A DNA stretch of 64,000 bases from Sedimenticolaceae bacterium (GTDB taxonomy: Bacteria; Pseudomonadota; Gammaproteobacteria; Chromatiales; Chromatiaceae), in contig JBNKPL010000002.1 of assembly GCA_050295355.1 (NCBI GenBank), positions 1,353 to 65,352 of the forward strand, given 5' to 3'. Under the pieces are notes generated by a model, which had not been told where the DNA came from, did not search any database, and saw only the letters and a list, made by a program, of their open reading frames with translations. The position numbers and the translations under genes were made by a program. Below are positions 47,815-58,560 of this stretch, one piece after another. The first letter of the stretch is position 1; the number at the start of each line of letters is the position of its first letter.

Positions 47815-47829
47815 TGTAGCGTCAAGTTC
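47803..47829 (-). promoter_or_regulatory. Sigma-E (RpoE)-type promoter candidate for rpoH
   Basis: Minus strand GAACTT-N16-TCTAA, the same layout as E. coli rpoH P3 (GAACTT...TCTGA). The -10 box lies inside the CIRCE-like repeat. Confidence 0.45.
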
Positions 47830-47859
47830 AGGAAAATCAAGTGCTTAATATGCCGCGGA

Positions 47860-48825
47860 CTAAGTAGGGTTTATGGCGTTCAAGTGGCGTCCCACGGCCA
47901 CCCAGGAACCCCCCAGTCCCAGCAGGCCGCCCCCCGCCATCAGCACCAGGATGGTGGAGATGGGGACGGCGGAGAGGTCGAACTGCCCCTCATAGAGCAG
48001 GGTGAGCTGGGCGGCGGGCTCGGACAGCAGCCAGAGGGCGAGACTGACCAGCAGCCAGGCCAGCCAGCCGCCGAGCAGGCCGTACCAGAACCCGCTGTAG
48101 AGAAAGGGGCGGCGGATGAAGGCGTCGGTGCCGCCCACCAGTTTGGTGATCTCGATCTCCGGCTTGTGGTTCTGGATCTCCAGGCGGATGGTGTTGCCCA
48201 CGATCAGCAACACCGCCAGGGCCAGCAGCGAGGCCAGCACCGCCACGCCCCGCCCCGCCATTTCGGTGATGGCTTGAAAGCGCTGTACCCACTGCATATC
48301 CAGCTGCACGAAATCCACCCCTTCGAGCAGGGCCAGTTCATCCTTGAGGATCTTGATCTTATTGGATGTTGAATATTCCGCCGTGGGTTCCACCACCAGC
48401 ACCGCGGGCAGCGGGTTCTCATCCAGTGCGTCCAGGGCGCCGGCAAATCCGCTATAACGCTGGAACTCCTCCAGCGCCTGCTCGGGCGGGATCAGATGGA
48501 CGGTGGCGATCCCGTCCAGCAGTTGCAGCTGGTGTTCCAGCTTTTGCGCATCGGTTGCGGCCAGCTCCGGCTTCAGAAACAGCGACAGGGTGGTGGCGTG
48601 ATCCCAGTTGTTGCTCACCCGGGTGACGTTGTCGAGCAGCACATGCAGGGCGGCGGGCAGGGCCAGGGCGATGCCGATCACCGCCACGGTCATGAAGGTG
48701 GAGAGGAGATGGCGATTGCAGCGCCCCAGGCTGGAGACGGCGGCCTGCATGTGCTGCAGGAACCAGGTCCCCATATCTCCGCGCCGTACCGCGCGGCGGC
48801 TGTTGGCGGCGCTGCGGCGTTTCAT
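47860..48825 (-). CDS. ftsX: Cell division ABC transporter permease FtsX
   Basis: 321 aa with a 4-TM FtsX topology. The ATG overlaps the ftsE stop. Confidence 0.92.
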   Translation of the reverse strand: MKRRSAANSRRAVRRGDMGTWFLQHMQAAVSSLGRCNRHLLSTFMTVAVIGIALALPAALHVLLDNVTRVSNNWDHATTLSLFLKPELAATDAQKLEHQLQLLDGIATVHLIPPEQALEEFQRYSGFAGALDALDENPLPAVLVVEPTAEYSTSNKIKILKDELALLEGVDFVQLDMQWVQRFQAITEMAGRGVAVLASLLALAVLLIVGNTIRLEIQNHKPEIEITKLVGGTDAFIRRPFLYSGFWYGLLGGWLAWLLVSLALWLLSEPAAQLTLLYEGQFDLSAVPISTILVLMAGGGLLGLGGSWVAVGRHLNAINPT

Positions 48826-49502
48826 GCCGCCGCTCCCGCAGGGGCCGTATCGCCCACCAGTTTTCCCTGGCTCAGGGTAAGGGTCCGCTTCCGCATGCTG
48901 GAGATGAGGTCGAGGTCGTGGCTGGCGATCAGCAGGGTGACCCCCACGTGATTGAACTGCTCGAACAGCTCCATGATCTCTTTGGAAAGCTCCGGGTCCA
49001 GATTGCCCGTGGGTTCATCCGCCAGGATCAGCGGCGGCCGTCCCACCACCGCGCGGGCGATGCCCACCCGCTGCTGTTCGCCGCCGGAGAGGGCGATGGG
49101 GTAGGCCCGCTCCTTGCTGAGCAGGCCCACCTTGTCCAGGGCGGCGCGCACCCGGCGGCCCACCTCCGCGTAGCCGACGCCGGAGACCACCAGCGGCATG
49201 GCTACATTGTCGAACACGGTGCGGTCCATGAGCAGCCGATAGTCCTGGAAGATCATGCCCACGTCGCGGCGGTGGTAGGCGATCTGGTTGTCCTTTAACT
49301 GGCTTAGATTATGTCCGGCCACCCGCAGGTGGCCCTGGGTGGTGCGCTCCAGCAGCCCCAGCAGTTTGAGCAGGGTGCTTTTACCGGCGCCGGAATGGCC
49401 GGTGAGAAAGACCATCTCCCCCTGTCCGATATGCAGGCTGACATCGCGCAGCCCCTCGTAGCCGCCGGGATAACGTTTGGTGACGTTGTCCAGCTGGATC
49501 AT
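48822..49502 (-). CDS. ftsE: Cell division ATP-binding protein FtsE
   Basis: Walker [10 protein letters not shown], signature LSGGEQQR, Walker [13 protein letters not shown]. Confidence 0.95.
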   Translation of the reverse strand: MIQLDNVTKRYPGGYEGLRDVSLHIGQGEMVFLTGHSGAGKSTLLKLLGLLERTTQGHLRVAGHNLSQLKDNQIAYHRRDVGMIFQDYRLLMDRTVFDNVAMPLVVSGVGYAEVGRRVRAALDKVGLLSKERAYPIALSGGEQQRVGIARAVVGRPPLILADEPTGNLDPELSKEIMELFEQFNHVGVTLLIASHDLDLISSMRKRTLTLSQGKLVGDTAPAGAAA

Positions 49503-50488
49503 TGTTCAAACAGGGCCGCCACGAAGGCCTGGGCGTCGAAAGGGCGCAGGTCCTCAATGGATTCGCCGATACCGATGAAGCGGATCGGAAGTTTTAGCCG
49601 TTCGGCGATGGCGAACAGGATGCCGCCCTTGGCGGTGCCGTCCATCTTGCTCAGGGTGATGCCGCTGAGTCCCACCGCCTCGTTGAATTGCTGCGCCTGG
49701 TTGAGGGCGTTCTGGCCGGTGGTGGCGTCCACCACCAGCATGATTTCGTGGGGGGCGTCCGGGTCGATCTTCTTCATTACCCGCACGATTTTGATCAGCT
49801 CCTCCATGAGATTGGTTTTGGTGTGGAGGCGGCCCGCGGTGTCGGCAATCAGCACATCCACGTTGCGGGCGGTGGCGGACTGCAGGGCGTCGTAGATGAC
49901 CGACGCGGAGTCGGCCCCGGAGTGTTGGGCCACCACGGGGATGCCGTTGCGCTCCCCCCATGTCTGCAGCTGTTCCACCGCCGCGGCGCGGAAGGTGTCG
50001 CCCGCCGCCAGCATGACCGACTGGCCTTCCTGTTGCAGCCGTTTGGCCAGCTTGCCGATGGTGGTGGTCTTGCCGGCGCCGTTGATGCCCACCATCAGGA
50101 TCACCTGGGGTTTGCCTTCGGCGGCCGCTTTGACCGGGGTGTCGCAGGCCTCCAGGATCAGCAACAGCTTCTCCTCCAGAATCCGGCGCAGGGTCTCGGG
50201 ATCGGACAGCTCCTTGCGTTTAACCTGCTGGGTGATTTCGTCGATGATGCGGGCGGTGGCGTCCACGCCCACGTCGGCCAGCAGCAGCAGGGTCTCCAGC
50301 TCCTCCAGCAGATCGGCATCGATCTCTTTCTTGCCCAGCAGCAGGCCGGAGAGGCCATCGGTGAGGTTGCTCCGGGTCCGGGCCAGTCCCTGCTTGAGGC
50401 GGGAGAGGAGTCCCGTCCTGGCGTTGTCTTTGTCCGCCCCTTCCGGGGCAGCCGGTTGTTGCTGCTTGTTTTTACCGAATCCGAACAT
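49499..50488 (-). CDS. ftsY: Signal recognition particle receptor FtsY
   Basis: NG domain with GINGAGKTTTIGKLA, DTAGR and TKMDGTAKGG-like motifs. Short acidic A domain. Confidence 0.95.
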   Translation of the reverse strand: MFGFGKNKQQQPAAPEGADKDNARTGLLSRLKQGLARTRSNLTDGLSGLLLGKKEIDADLLEELETLLLLADVGVDATARIIDEITQQVKRKELSDPETLRRILEEKLLLILEACDTPVKAAAEGKPQVILMVGINGAGKTTTIGKLAKRLQQEGQSVMLAAGDTFRAAAVEQLQTWGERNGIPVVAQHSGADSASVIYDALQSATARNVDVLIADTAGRLHTKTNLMEELIKIVRVMKKIDPDAPHEIMLVVDATTGQNALNQAQQFNEAVGLSGITLSKMDGTAKGGILFAIAERLKLPIRFIGIGESIEDLRPFDAQAFVAALFEQ

Positions 50489-50636
50489 GCCGTGCCTAGC
50501 GGAACCTGGAGGGTTGCCGCATGTCTTTCAGTTGATACCCGGAACCTTGGACATCTCTCTCCGCCTCTGGAAGAATGCCCCGGTCCATTACTGGATACAA
50601 ATCCTAACACTTTCATTATCTCTACATGGAATAAAT

Positions 50637-52007
50637 ATGAGACGTTTGGTTTTTGCCGTCTTGTTATTTGCCTTATCGGGCGCCGTCCTTGGGCAAGGCG
50701 CGGTTCACGAATACCAGCTCGAGAATGGCATGCAGGTGATCATCAAGGAGGATCACCGCGCCCCCATCGTGGTTTCCCAGGTCTGGTACAGGGTGGGCTC
50801 CAGTTATGAGCCGGACGGGATCACCGGCATCTCCCATGCACTGGAACACATGATGTTCAAGGGCACGGAAAAATATCAGCCGGGGGAGTTTTCCCGCATC
50901 GTGGCGGCCAACGGCGGTGAGGAGAACGCCTTTACCGGCAAGGACTACACCGCCTATTACGAGACCCTGTCCAGGGACCGTCTGGAGGTGGCCTTTGAAC
51001 TGGAGGCGGACCGCATGCGCAACCTGCTGCTGCCGGCGGAGGAGTTCGCCAAGGAGATTGAGGTGGTGAAGGAGGAGCGCCGCTGGCGCACCGAGGACAA
51101 GCCCACTGCCCTGACCTATGAGCAGTTCAACGCGGTGGCCTTTCGCGCCCTGCCGTACCAACATCCGGTGATCGGCTGGATGAGCGATCTTGAACAGATG
51201 ACGGCGCAGGATCTGCGGGAGTGGTACCGTCTCTGGTATGCGCCCAACAACGCTACCCTGGTGGTGGTGGGCGATGTGAATCCGGATGAGGTGCTGGTCC
51301 TGGCCAAAAAGTACTTCGCCCCCTTGAAGGCGGAGCCCACCCCCAAGGTAAAACCGTTGCTGGAGCCGCCCCAGCGGGGCGTGATCCGCACCACCGTGCG
51401 GGCGCCCGCCCGCCAGCCCTATCTGATCCTCGGCTACAAAACGCCCGTGATCGGGACGCCGGGAGTCGAGACGTGGGAACCCTACGCCCTGGAGATGCTG
51501 GCGGCGGTCCTGGATGGCGGGAACAGCGCCCGCCTCAGCCGCAACCTGATACGCGGCCAGGAGATCGCGGTCTCCGCCGGCGCCAGTTACAGCGCCTTTG
51601 GCCGTCTCCCCGGCATGTTGACCATGAGCGGCGTTCCACGGGAAGAGCATACGGTGCAGGAGCTGGAGCAGGCCCTTCGGGGCCAGGTGGAGCGCCTGAG
51701 GACCGAACTGGTGAGCAAGGAGGAGCTGGAGCGGGTCCGCGCCCAGGTGGTGGCGGGCGAGGTGTATCAGCTCGATTCGGTGTTCTATCAGGCGATGCAG
51801 ATCGGCATGCTGGAGACCATCGGCCTGGATTGGCGGCTGCTGGATCAATATGTGGCCAATATGGAGAAGGTCACGGCGGAGCAGGTACAGGCGGTGGCGC
51901 GTAAATATCTGGTGGAGGATCACCTCACGGTAGCGGTGCTGGATCCGCTGCCGCTGGAACAGGAACAGCCCGGCACGTCCCCGGCGGGAGGTCGTAATGA
52001 ACAGTAA
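50637..52007 (+). CDS. M16 family zinc peptidase (active subunit, secreted)
   Basis: Start MRRLVFAVLLFALSGAVLG (signal peptide). Inverted zincin motif HALEH. The upstream part of ORF 49896.. is antisense to ftsY and was rejected. Confidence 0.88.
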   Translation: MRRLVFAVLLFALSGAVLGQGAVHEYQLENGMQVIIKEDHRAPIVVSQVWYRVGSSYEPDGITGISHALEHMMFKGTEKYQPGEFSRIVAANGGEENAFTGKDYTAYYETLSRDRLEVAFELEADRMRNLLLPAEEFAKEIEVVKEERRWRTEDKPTALTYEQFNAVAFRALPYQHPVIGWMSDLEQMTAQDLREWYRLWYAPNNATLVVVGDVNPDEVLVLAKKYFAPLKAEPTPKVKPLLEPPQRGVIRTTVRAPARQPYLILGYKTPVIGTPGVETWEPYALEMLAAVLDGGNSARLSRNLIRGQEIAVSAGASYSAFGRLPGMLTMSGVPREEHTVQELEQALRGQVERLRTELVSKEELERVRAQVVAGEVYQLDSVFYQAMQIGMLETIGLDWRLLDQYVANMEKVTAEQVQAVARKYLVEDHLTVAVLDPLPLEQEQPGTSPAGGRNEQ

Positions 52008-53325
52008 GATGGCGTCTCTTCAACGACCCCTTTTCATTGCCCTGGTTCTGTTGAGTCAGTCCCTGTGGGCCGGTCCGAAGATACTCACCTGGGAGACCGG
52101 CAACGGCGCCCGGGTCTGGTTCGTGGCGGCGCCCGATCTTCCCATCGTGGATGCGCGGGTGGTGTTCGATGCGGGCAGCGCGCGCGACGCCAAGCAGCCG
52201 GGGCTCGCCCAACTGACCAATGGCGTCCTGACCGACGGCGCCGGCCCGTGGAACGCGGACCGCATCGCCGAGCGTATGGAGTCGGTGGGCGCGGAGTTGG
52301 GCAACGGCGCCGCTCAGGATATGGCGTGGGTCTCCATACGCAGCCTCAAGGAGAAGCGGGCGCTGGATACGGCGGTGGAAACCCTGGCCGCCATTCTCGC
52401 CAACCCCACTTTCGCCAAGGAGGATCTGGAGCGCAACCGGCAGGCCATGCTGGCGGGTTTGCGCCGGGAGGAGCAGTCCCCCGGCGCCATCGGAAAAAAA
52501 CGCTTCATGCAGGAACTCTACGGCAATCACCCCTACGCCATTCACGGCTCCGGCACGCCGGAGTCGGTTAGCGCCCTGAGTGAGGCGGATCTGCGGGCCT
52601 TTCATCGGCGCTACTATGTGGCGAAAAATGCCCTGATCGTCCTCGTGGGCGCGCTGGATAAAAGCGAGGCCGCGGCGCTGGCGGAGCGGATCAGCAAGGG
52701 GCTTGCGGCGGGGGAGCGGGCGCCCGGCATTCCCGCGGCGGCCGAGATCGCCAAGGGGAAGCGGGTGAGCCTCACCTTTCCCTCCAGCCAGTCCCACATC
52801 TTCGTGGGGCAGCCCGGGGTGCGGCGCGGAGATCCCGACTACTTCCCCCTCTATGTGGGCAACCATGTGCTGGGCGGCAGCGGTTTCGGTTCCCTGCTTA
52901 TGGATGAGGTGCGTGAGAAGCGGGGACTCTCCTATAGCGTCTACAGCTATTTCTCCCCCATGCGGGACCAGGGGCCGTTCCTGATGGGGGCGCAGACCCA
53001 GAACGCCAAGCGGGATGAGGCGATGCAGGTGATGGATGTCACCCTGCGGAAATTTATTGAGCAAGGTCCCACGGAGAAGGAGCTTACCGCCGCCAAACAG
53101 AACATCACCGGCGGCTTCCCCCTGAAGATCGCCAGCAACAGCAAGATCGTGGAGTATATCGCCATGATGGGTTTTTACGATCTGCCGCTGGACTACCTGG
53201 ATACCCTGGTGGCCAAGATGGAGGCCGTGACCCGGGAGCAGATCCGGGACGCCTTTCAGCGGCGGGTCCATCCCGACCGCATGGTGACGGTAGTGGTGGG
53301 GAATGGTGACCAAGGGGAAGAGTAA
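51997..53325 (+). CDS. M16 family peptidase-like protein (non-catalytic partner, no HxxEH)
   Basis: Signal peptide and M16 fold pattern, but the HxxEH position reads GLAQLT. It overlaps the upstream M16 gene. Confidence 0.85.
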   Translation: MNSKMASLQRPLFIALVLLSQSLWAGPKILTWETGNGARVWFVAAPDLPIVDARVVFDAGSARDAKQPGLAQLTNGVLTDGAGPWNADRIAERMESVGAELGNGAAQDMAWVSIRSLKEKRALDTAVETLAAILANPTFAKEDLERNRQAMLAGLRREEQSPGAIGKKRFMQELYGNHPYAIHGSGTPESVSALSEADLRAFHRRYYVAKNALIVLVGALDKSEAAALAERISKGLAAGERAPGIPAAAEIAKGKRVSLTFPSSQSHIFVGQPGVRRGDPDYFPLYVGNHVLGGSGFGSLLMDEVREKRGLSYSVYSYFSPMRDQGPFLMGAQTQNAKRDEAMQVMDVTLRKFIEQGPTEKELTAAKQNITGGFPLKIASNSKIVEYIAMMGFYDLPLDYLDTLVAKMEAVTREQIRDAFQRRVHPDRMVTVVVGNGDQGEE

Positions 53326-53875
53326 AACAAACCAGGTCCGCATCATCGGCGGCATCCACCGGGGCCGGAAGCTGCCGGTGCCGGATCAGCCGGGGCTGCG
53401 GCCCACCGGCGACCGGGTGCGGGAGACCCTGTTTAACTGGCTGCAACCGCTGCTGCCGGGGGCGGCTTGTCTGGACCTGTTTGCCGGCAGCGGCGCCCTG
53501 GGGCTGGAGGCCGCCTCCCGTGGCGCCGGCCGGGTGCTGATGCTGGAGCAGTCGCCGGCAGTGGTCCGGCAGCTGCGGGAGAATGTGGATCTTCTGGGGC
53601 TGGAGAAGGTCCAGGTGGAGCAGGCGGACGCCCTGCTCCGGCTGCAGGCGGAGGTTGAGCCGTTCGATATCGTCTTTCTGGATCCCCCGTTTTCTGAAGG
53701 GTTGTTGCCACGGGCCTGCGGGCTGTTACAGAGCAACGGCTGGCTGAAGCCGGATGCGCGCATCTATATCGAAACGGATGCGGCGCGGGGATTACCCGAG
53801 TTGCCCGCCCAGTGGCGTCTGCTCAAAGAGAAAAAGGCGGGCCAGGTGGTCTATGCTCTGGTGACAAACGGTTAA
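53303..53875 (+). CDS. rsmD: 16S rRNA (guanine966-N2)-methyltransferase RsmD
   Basis: QVRIIGGIHRGRKLPVPDQPGLRPTGDRVRETLFNWL matches the E. coli RsmD N-terminus. SAM motif LDLFAGSGALGLEA and FLDPPF. Confidence 0.93.
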   Translation: MVTKGKSKTNQVRIIGGIHRGRKLPVPDQPGLRPTGDRVRETLFNWLQPLLPGAACLDLFAGSGALGLEAASRGAGRVLMLEQSPAVVRQLRENVDLLGLEKVQVEQADALLRLQAEVEPFDIVFLDPPFSEGLLPRACGLLQSNGWLKPDARIYIETDAARGLPELPAQWRLLKEKKAGQVVYALVTNG

Positions 53876-53879
53876 CTGA

Positions 53880-54422
<543 letters not shown>

Positions 54423-54450
54423 CCGCAGGTTTAATAAATCTGGGTAATAG

Positions 54451-54720
<270 letters not shown>

Positions 54721-54745
54721 TCGTTAGCGGTACATTCGTATCTGG

Positions 54746-54770
54746 AAAGGCCCCGTTTCGGGGCCTTTTC
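54746..54770 (+). terminator. Intrinsic terminator of yfhL
   Basis: AAAGGCCCCG-ttt-CGGGGCCTTT followed by a T-rich tract (tctcgtt). Confidence 0.8.
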
Positions 54771-54798
54771 TCGTTATATCGCAGGATGAAGGGCACGC

Positions 54799-55563
54799 GT
54801 GGAATTTGAACTGGGTCTTTGGAATACCATCGCCTTCGCGTTGCTGGTGGCGCTGGGCAGCTTTACCCAGGCGTTTAGCGGTTTCGCGCTGGGCTTGATT
54901 GTTATGGGTGCCGTAACGGCGCTGGGTATCGCACCGATCTCTTTCACCGCGGGGGTCATCAGCCTGGTGGTGGTGATGAACGGCAGTGCGGCTTTGCAAG
55001 GGCATCTGCACGAGATCGACCGTTCCAAGGGGGTGACCATTCTCGCCGGTCTGGTTCCGGGCGTGGCGCTGGGCTATTTCTCACTGGAGTACATGGATGC
55101 GAATCTGCCCCAGCTGTTACGGTTGTTGCTGGGATTGATTATTGTGGCGGCCAGTCTGACCCTCGTATTCAGGCCGCATCCGAAAAAAAGAATCAGCCGC
55201 CAACCCGTCTTTCTGTTGACGGGGTTGATCGGAGGCTTTTTCGGCGGACTGTTCAATACCAGTGGTCCGCCCATCATCTACCTGCTCTATCGGCAGCCGC
55301 TGAGCGTGGCGGCCATCCGGGCGACCCTGCTTGCCATCTTCTGGGTCGCGGCGCTCTGGCGCAGCATCCTGCTTACCGTCGAAGGGGGTTATAGCCTGGG
55401 GATGGTGGTGCTGACGTTGATCTGTGTCCCGTTGGTAATCCTGACCGCCCGTTTGGGGCGGCGTCTTGCCGGCCGCCTGCCGGAACTGCTCATGCGCCGC
55501 CTTGCCTTCGCCTTACTGCTGTTTCTTGGGATGGTGCTGATCCTGCCGGCCCTGCTTTCTTGA
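54799..55563 (+). CDS. TauE/SafE (DUF81) family anion exporter
   Basis: 254 aa, about 8 TM segments, with a Gly-rich internal repeat (GLIGGFFGGLFNTSGPPI). GTG start. Confidence 0.7.
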   Translation: MEFELGLWNTIAFALLVALGSFTQAFSGFALGLIVMGAVTALGIAPISFTAGVISLVVVMNGSAALQGHLHEIDRSKGVTILAGLVPGVALGYFSLEYMDANLPQLLRLLLGLIIVAASLTLVFRPHPKKRISRQPVFLLTGLIGGFFGGLFNTSGPPIIYLLYRQPLSVAAIRATLLAIFWVAALWRSILLTVEGGYSLGMVVLTLICVPLVILTARLGRRLAGRLPELLMRRLAFALLLFLGMVLILPALLS

Positions 55564-55628
55564 TGCGCTACTCTTGACACCCTGAATACCCGGACCTAGC
55601 CTCTTCAGTATATGTGGAAGGAGAGGGT

Positions 55629-56057
55629 ATGGGCCGGTCTCAAATAGCGGGGACTTTGTTGCTGCTCCTGTGGTCGTTGAACGCGGGGGCGGGAGGCGCC
55701 TGCGTGGTGGCGAAAAAGCTGGGTGACGCCCTGGCCATCGAGTGGGTGACCGCGCAACAGGAGACCGCCTCCAGCGCCATCGAGAAGGCGAAATCGCGCC
55801 TGAAGGCGCAGGGCCACCAGGGAAGGTACGTGGATGTGCATCCGCAGGCTACTACCGAATACCCACACGCCTACGTGGTGATTGTGATGAGCAGTTATCA
55901 GACGGTTCGCAACAAGCCGAGGACCAGCTACGGCTGCGGTTTCGATCCCCGCTCCCCGGCGGAGGCGGAGCGCATGGCGGTTCACAATCTAAGCACCTAT
56001 GATTGGGGCTGGAAGCCGGAGTACGGCTACCAGCTGATCGAACAGTCTAATTACTAA
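55629..56057 (+). CDS. Secreted hypothetical protein (142 aa)
   Basis: The ATG is preceded by GGAGAGGG. Signal peptide LLLLLWSLNAGAGG. Upstream TTGACA-N17-TAGCCT. I cannot confidently assign a family. Confidence 0.5.
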   Translation: MGRSQIAGTLLLLLWSLNAGAGGACVVAKKLGDALAIEWVTAQQETASSAIEKAKSRLKAQGHQGRYVDVHPQATTEYPHAYVVIVMSSYQTVRNKPRTSYGCGFDPRSPAEAERMAVHNLSTYDWGWKPEYGYQLIEQSNY

Positions 56058-56078
56058 ATACCTTCCGCCGGAACAGGC

Positions 56079-58541
56079 ATGTCTAAAAAAGCAGAAAAAA
56101 ATCGCGGCATACATCATCTTGGCATGGACGTGGATGCGCTCAGGCAGTCCATCGCCCATCACCTTACCTACTCCCTGACCAAGACCATGGACACGGCCAC
56201 CGACCGGGACTGGTTTCAGAGCCTGGTGCTGACGGTTCGGGACCGGCTGGTGGAACGCCTGATCGCCACCTTCAACCGCTATTACAGTCATGACGCGAAG
56301 CGGATCTACTATCTGTCGCTGGAGTTTCTGATCGGCCGCAGCCTCACCTCCAGTCTGCAGGCGTTGGATATCGAGGAAGAGATTCTTGAGGCCGTTGAGC
56401 AGTTGGGGAAGAGCTATCCGGACCTGGAACGGCTGGAGGATGACGCCGCGCTCGGCAACGGCGGTCTGGGAAGATTGGCCGCCTGTATCCTGGATTCGCT
56501 GGCCACCCTCGGACTGCCCGGTTACGGCTACGGCATTCGCTATGAATATGGCATGTTCAGCCAGCGCATCGAGAACGGGGAGCAGGTTGAACATCCGGAG
56601 AACTGGTTGCGCTATGGGAATCCCTGGGAATTCCAGCGGCCGGAAATCCTCTACCCCGTGTTCTATGGCGGCCGCGTGTTGCCCTATACGGACGAGCATG
56701 GCAGAGGCGGGGTCTCCTGGCTGCCCTCGGATCAGGTGATGGCCATGGCCTATGACATGCCCATCCCCGGCTATCGCAACGACACGGTCAATAATTTGCG
56801 ACTGTGGTCGGCAAAATCCACCCGTGAATTCGAGCTGCAGGATTTTCAGGTCGGCGACTATATCGGCGCGGTGGAGCACAAAACCGAATCGGAAAACCTG
56901 TCCAAGGTGCTCTATCCTAGCGACGCCACCGGAGCCGGGCGGGAACTGCGCCTGAAACAGGAGTATTTTTTCGTCAGCGCCTCGTTGCAGGATATTTTGC
57001 GCCGCTATCTCCAGGCCCATGAGGACCTGGAGAAGATCAGCGAGAGGATCGTCATCCAGCTCAATGATACCCATCCCGCGCTGGCGGTGGTCGAGTGGAT
57101 GCGGCTGCTGATCGATCGCTACCACTTCCGGTGGGAGAAGGCGTGGGAGATCACCCGCAATACCTTCGCCTACACCAATCACACCCTGCTCCCGGAGGCG
57201 CTGGAGAGCTGGCCGGTGGACATGCTGGAGTGTCATCTGCCGCGTCACCTGCAGATCATCTATGAGATCAATCACCGCTTCCTGAAGGATGTCATGCACT
57301 TCTTTCCCGGGGATGTGGGGCGGCTCAGGAGCATGTCCCTGATCGACGAAGAGGGCGGGCGCCGGGTGCGCATGGCCCATCTGGCCATCGTCGGCAGCTT
57401 TCGGGTGAACGGTGTTTCGGAACTGCACTCCAGATTGGTGCAGGAACAGCTGTTCCCCGATTTTTGCGCCCTCTATCCGGACAAGTTCGTCAACGTGACC
57501 AATGGAATCACGCCGCGCCGCTGGCTGTTTCAGTCCAATCCGGGCCTGAGTGCGCTCATCACCCGGACCATCGGCCACGAGTGGCGGGATGATCTGGGCA
57601 AGCTGCGCAAGCTGGAGAAGTTTGTGGACGATCCGGAACTGCAGGAGGCGTTCCGCCAGGTGAAACGGCAGAACAAGGAGTGGTTGAGTCAGATTGTCCA
57701 GTGGCGTACCGGGGTGATGGTGGATCCCGACACCCTGTTTGATGTGCAGGTCAAGCGGATCCACGAATACAAGCGCCAACTGCTCTGTCTGCTGCACGGC
57801 ATCACCCTCTACAACCGGATACGGGATGAAGGGGAGGCGTGGAGCGGGGTGCCGCGTACCATCATCTTCGGGGGCAAGGCCGCCCCCGGATACGATATGG
57901 CGAAACGCATCATTCGGCTGATCCATGACGTGGCCGATGTGATCGACAACGATCCGGTGGTGAAGGAGCGGCTCAAGATCGTGTTTTTGCCCAATTACGA
58001 TGTGAGCACCGCCGCCACCGTGATCCCCGCCGCCGAGCTGTCGGAACAGATCTCAACCGCGGGTATGGAGGCCTCCGGTACCGGCAACATGAAGCTGGCC
58101 CTGAACGGCGCCCTGACCATCGGCACCCTGGACGGCGCCAATATTGAGATCCGCGAGGAACTGGGTGCGGAGAACTTCTTTCTTTTCGGGCTTACGGCGG
58201 AAGAGGTGCAGGCGGTGCGCAACAACGGCTATCGGCCGATGGAGTACCGCGACGCCGATCCGGAGTTGGGACGGATCCTGCAGCAGATCGGCGAGGGTTT
58301 TTTCTCGCCGGAGGAACCCAGCCGGCACCGTTCCATAGCGGACCATCTGAGCAAGCATGACCCCTTCCTGGTGCTGGCCGACTACGCGGATTACATCCGC
58401 TGCCAGGGGGAAGTGGAGCGGCTCTACCAGGACCGCAACGAGTGGGCGCGCCGCTCCCTGCTGAGCGTGGCCAGGATGGGATACTTCTCCAGTGACCGTA
58501 CGGTCGCGGACTATGTGGACAAGGTGTGGGGTCCGGCCTGA
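56079..58541 (+). CDS. glgP: Glycogen/maltodextrin phosphorylase
   Basis: 820 aa with the PLP-Lys motif EASGTGNMKLALNGALTIGTLDGANIE. Confidence 0.96.
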   Translation: MSKKAEKNRGIHHLGMDVDALRQSIAHHLTYSLTKTMDTATDRDWFQSLVLTVRDRLVERLIATFNRYYSHDAKRIYYLSLEFLIGRSLTSSLQALDIEEEILEAVEQLGKSYPDLERLEDDAALGNGGLGRLAACILDSLATLGLPGYGYGIRYEYGMFSQRIENGEQVEHPENWLRYGNPWEFQRPEILYPVFYGGRVLPYTDEHGRGGVSWLPSDQVMAMAYDMPIPGYRNDTVNNLRLWSAKSTREFELQDFQVGDYIGAVEHKTESENLSKVLYPSDATGAGRELRLKQEYFFVSASLQDILRRYLQAHEDLEKISERIVIQLNDTHPALAVVEWMRLLIDRYHFRWEKAWEITRNTFAYTNHTLLPEALESWPVDMLECHLPRHLQIIYEINHRFLKDVMHFFPGDVGRLRSMSLIDEEGGRRVRMAHLAIVGSFRVNGVSELHSRLVQEQLFPDFCALYPDKFVNVTNGITPRRWLFQSNPGLSALITRTIGHEWRDDLGKLRKLEKFVDDPELQEAFRQVKRQNKEWLSQIVQWRTGVMVDPDTLFDVQVKRIHEYKRQLLCLLHGITLYNRIRDEGEAWSGVPRTIIFGGKAAPGYDMAKRIIRLIHDVADVIDNDPVVKERLKIVFLPNYDVSTAATVIPAAELSEQISTAGMEASGTGNMKLALNGALTIGTLDGANIEIREELGAENFFLFGLTAEEVQAVRNNGYRPMEYRDADPELGRILQQIGEGFFSPEEPSRHRSIADHLSKHDPFLVLADYADYIRCQGEVERLYQDRNEWARRSLLSVARMGYFSSDRTVADYVDKVWGPA

Positions 58542-58560
58542 TCAGGTCCCCAGGCCGTAT

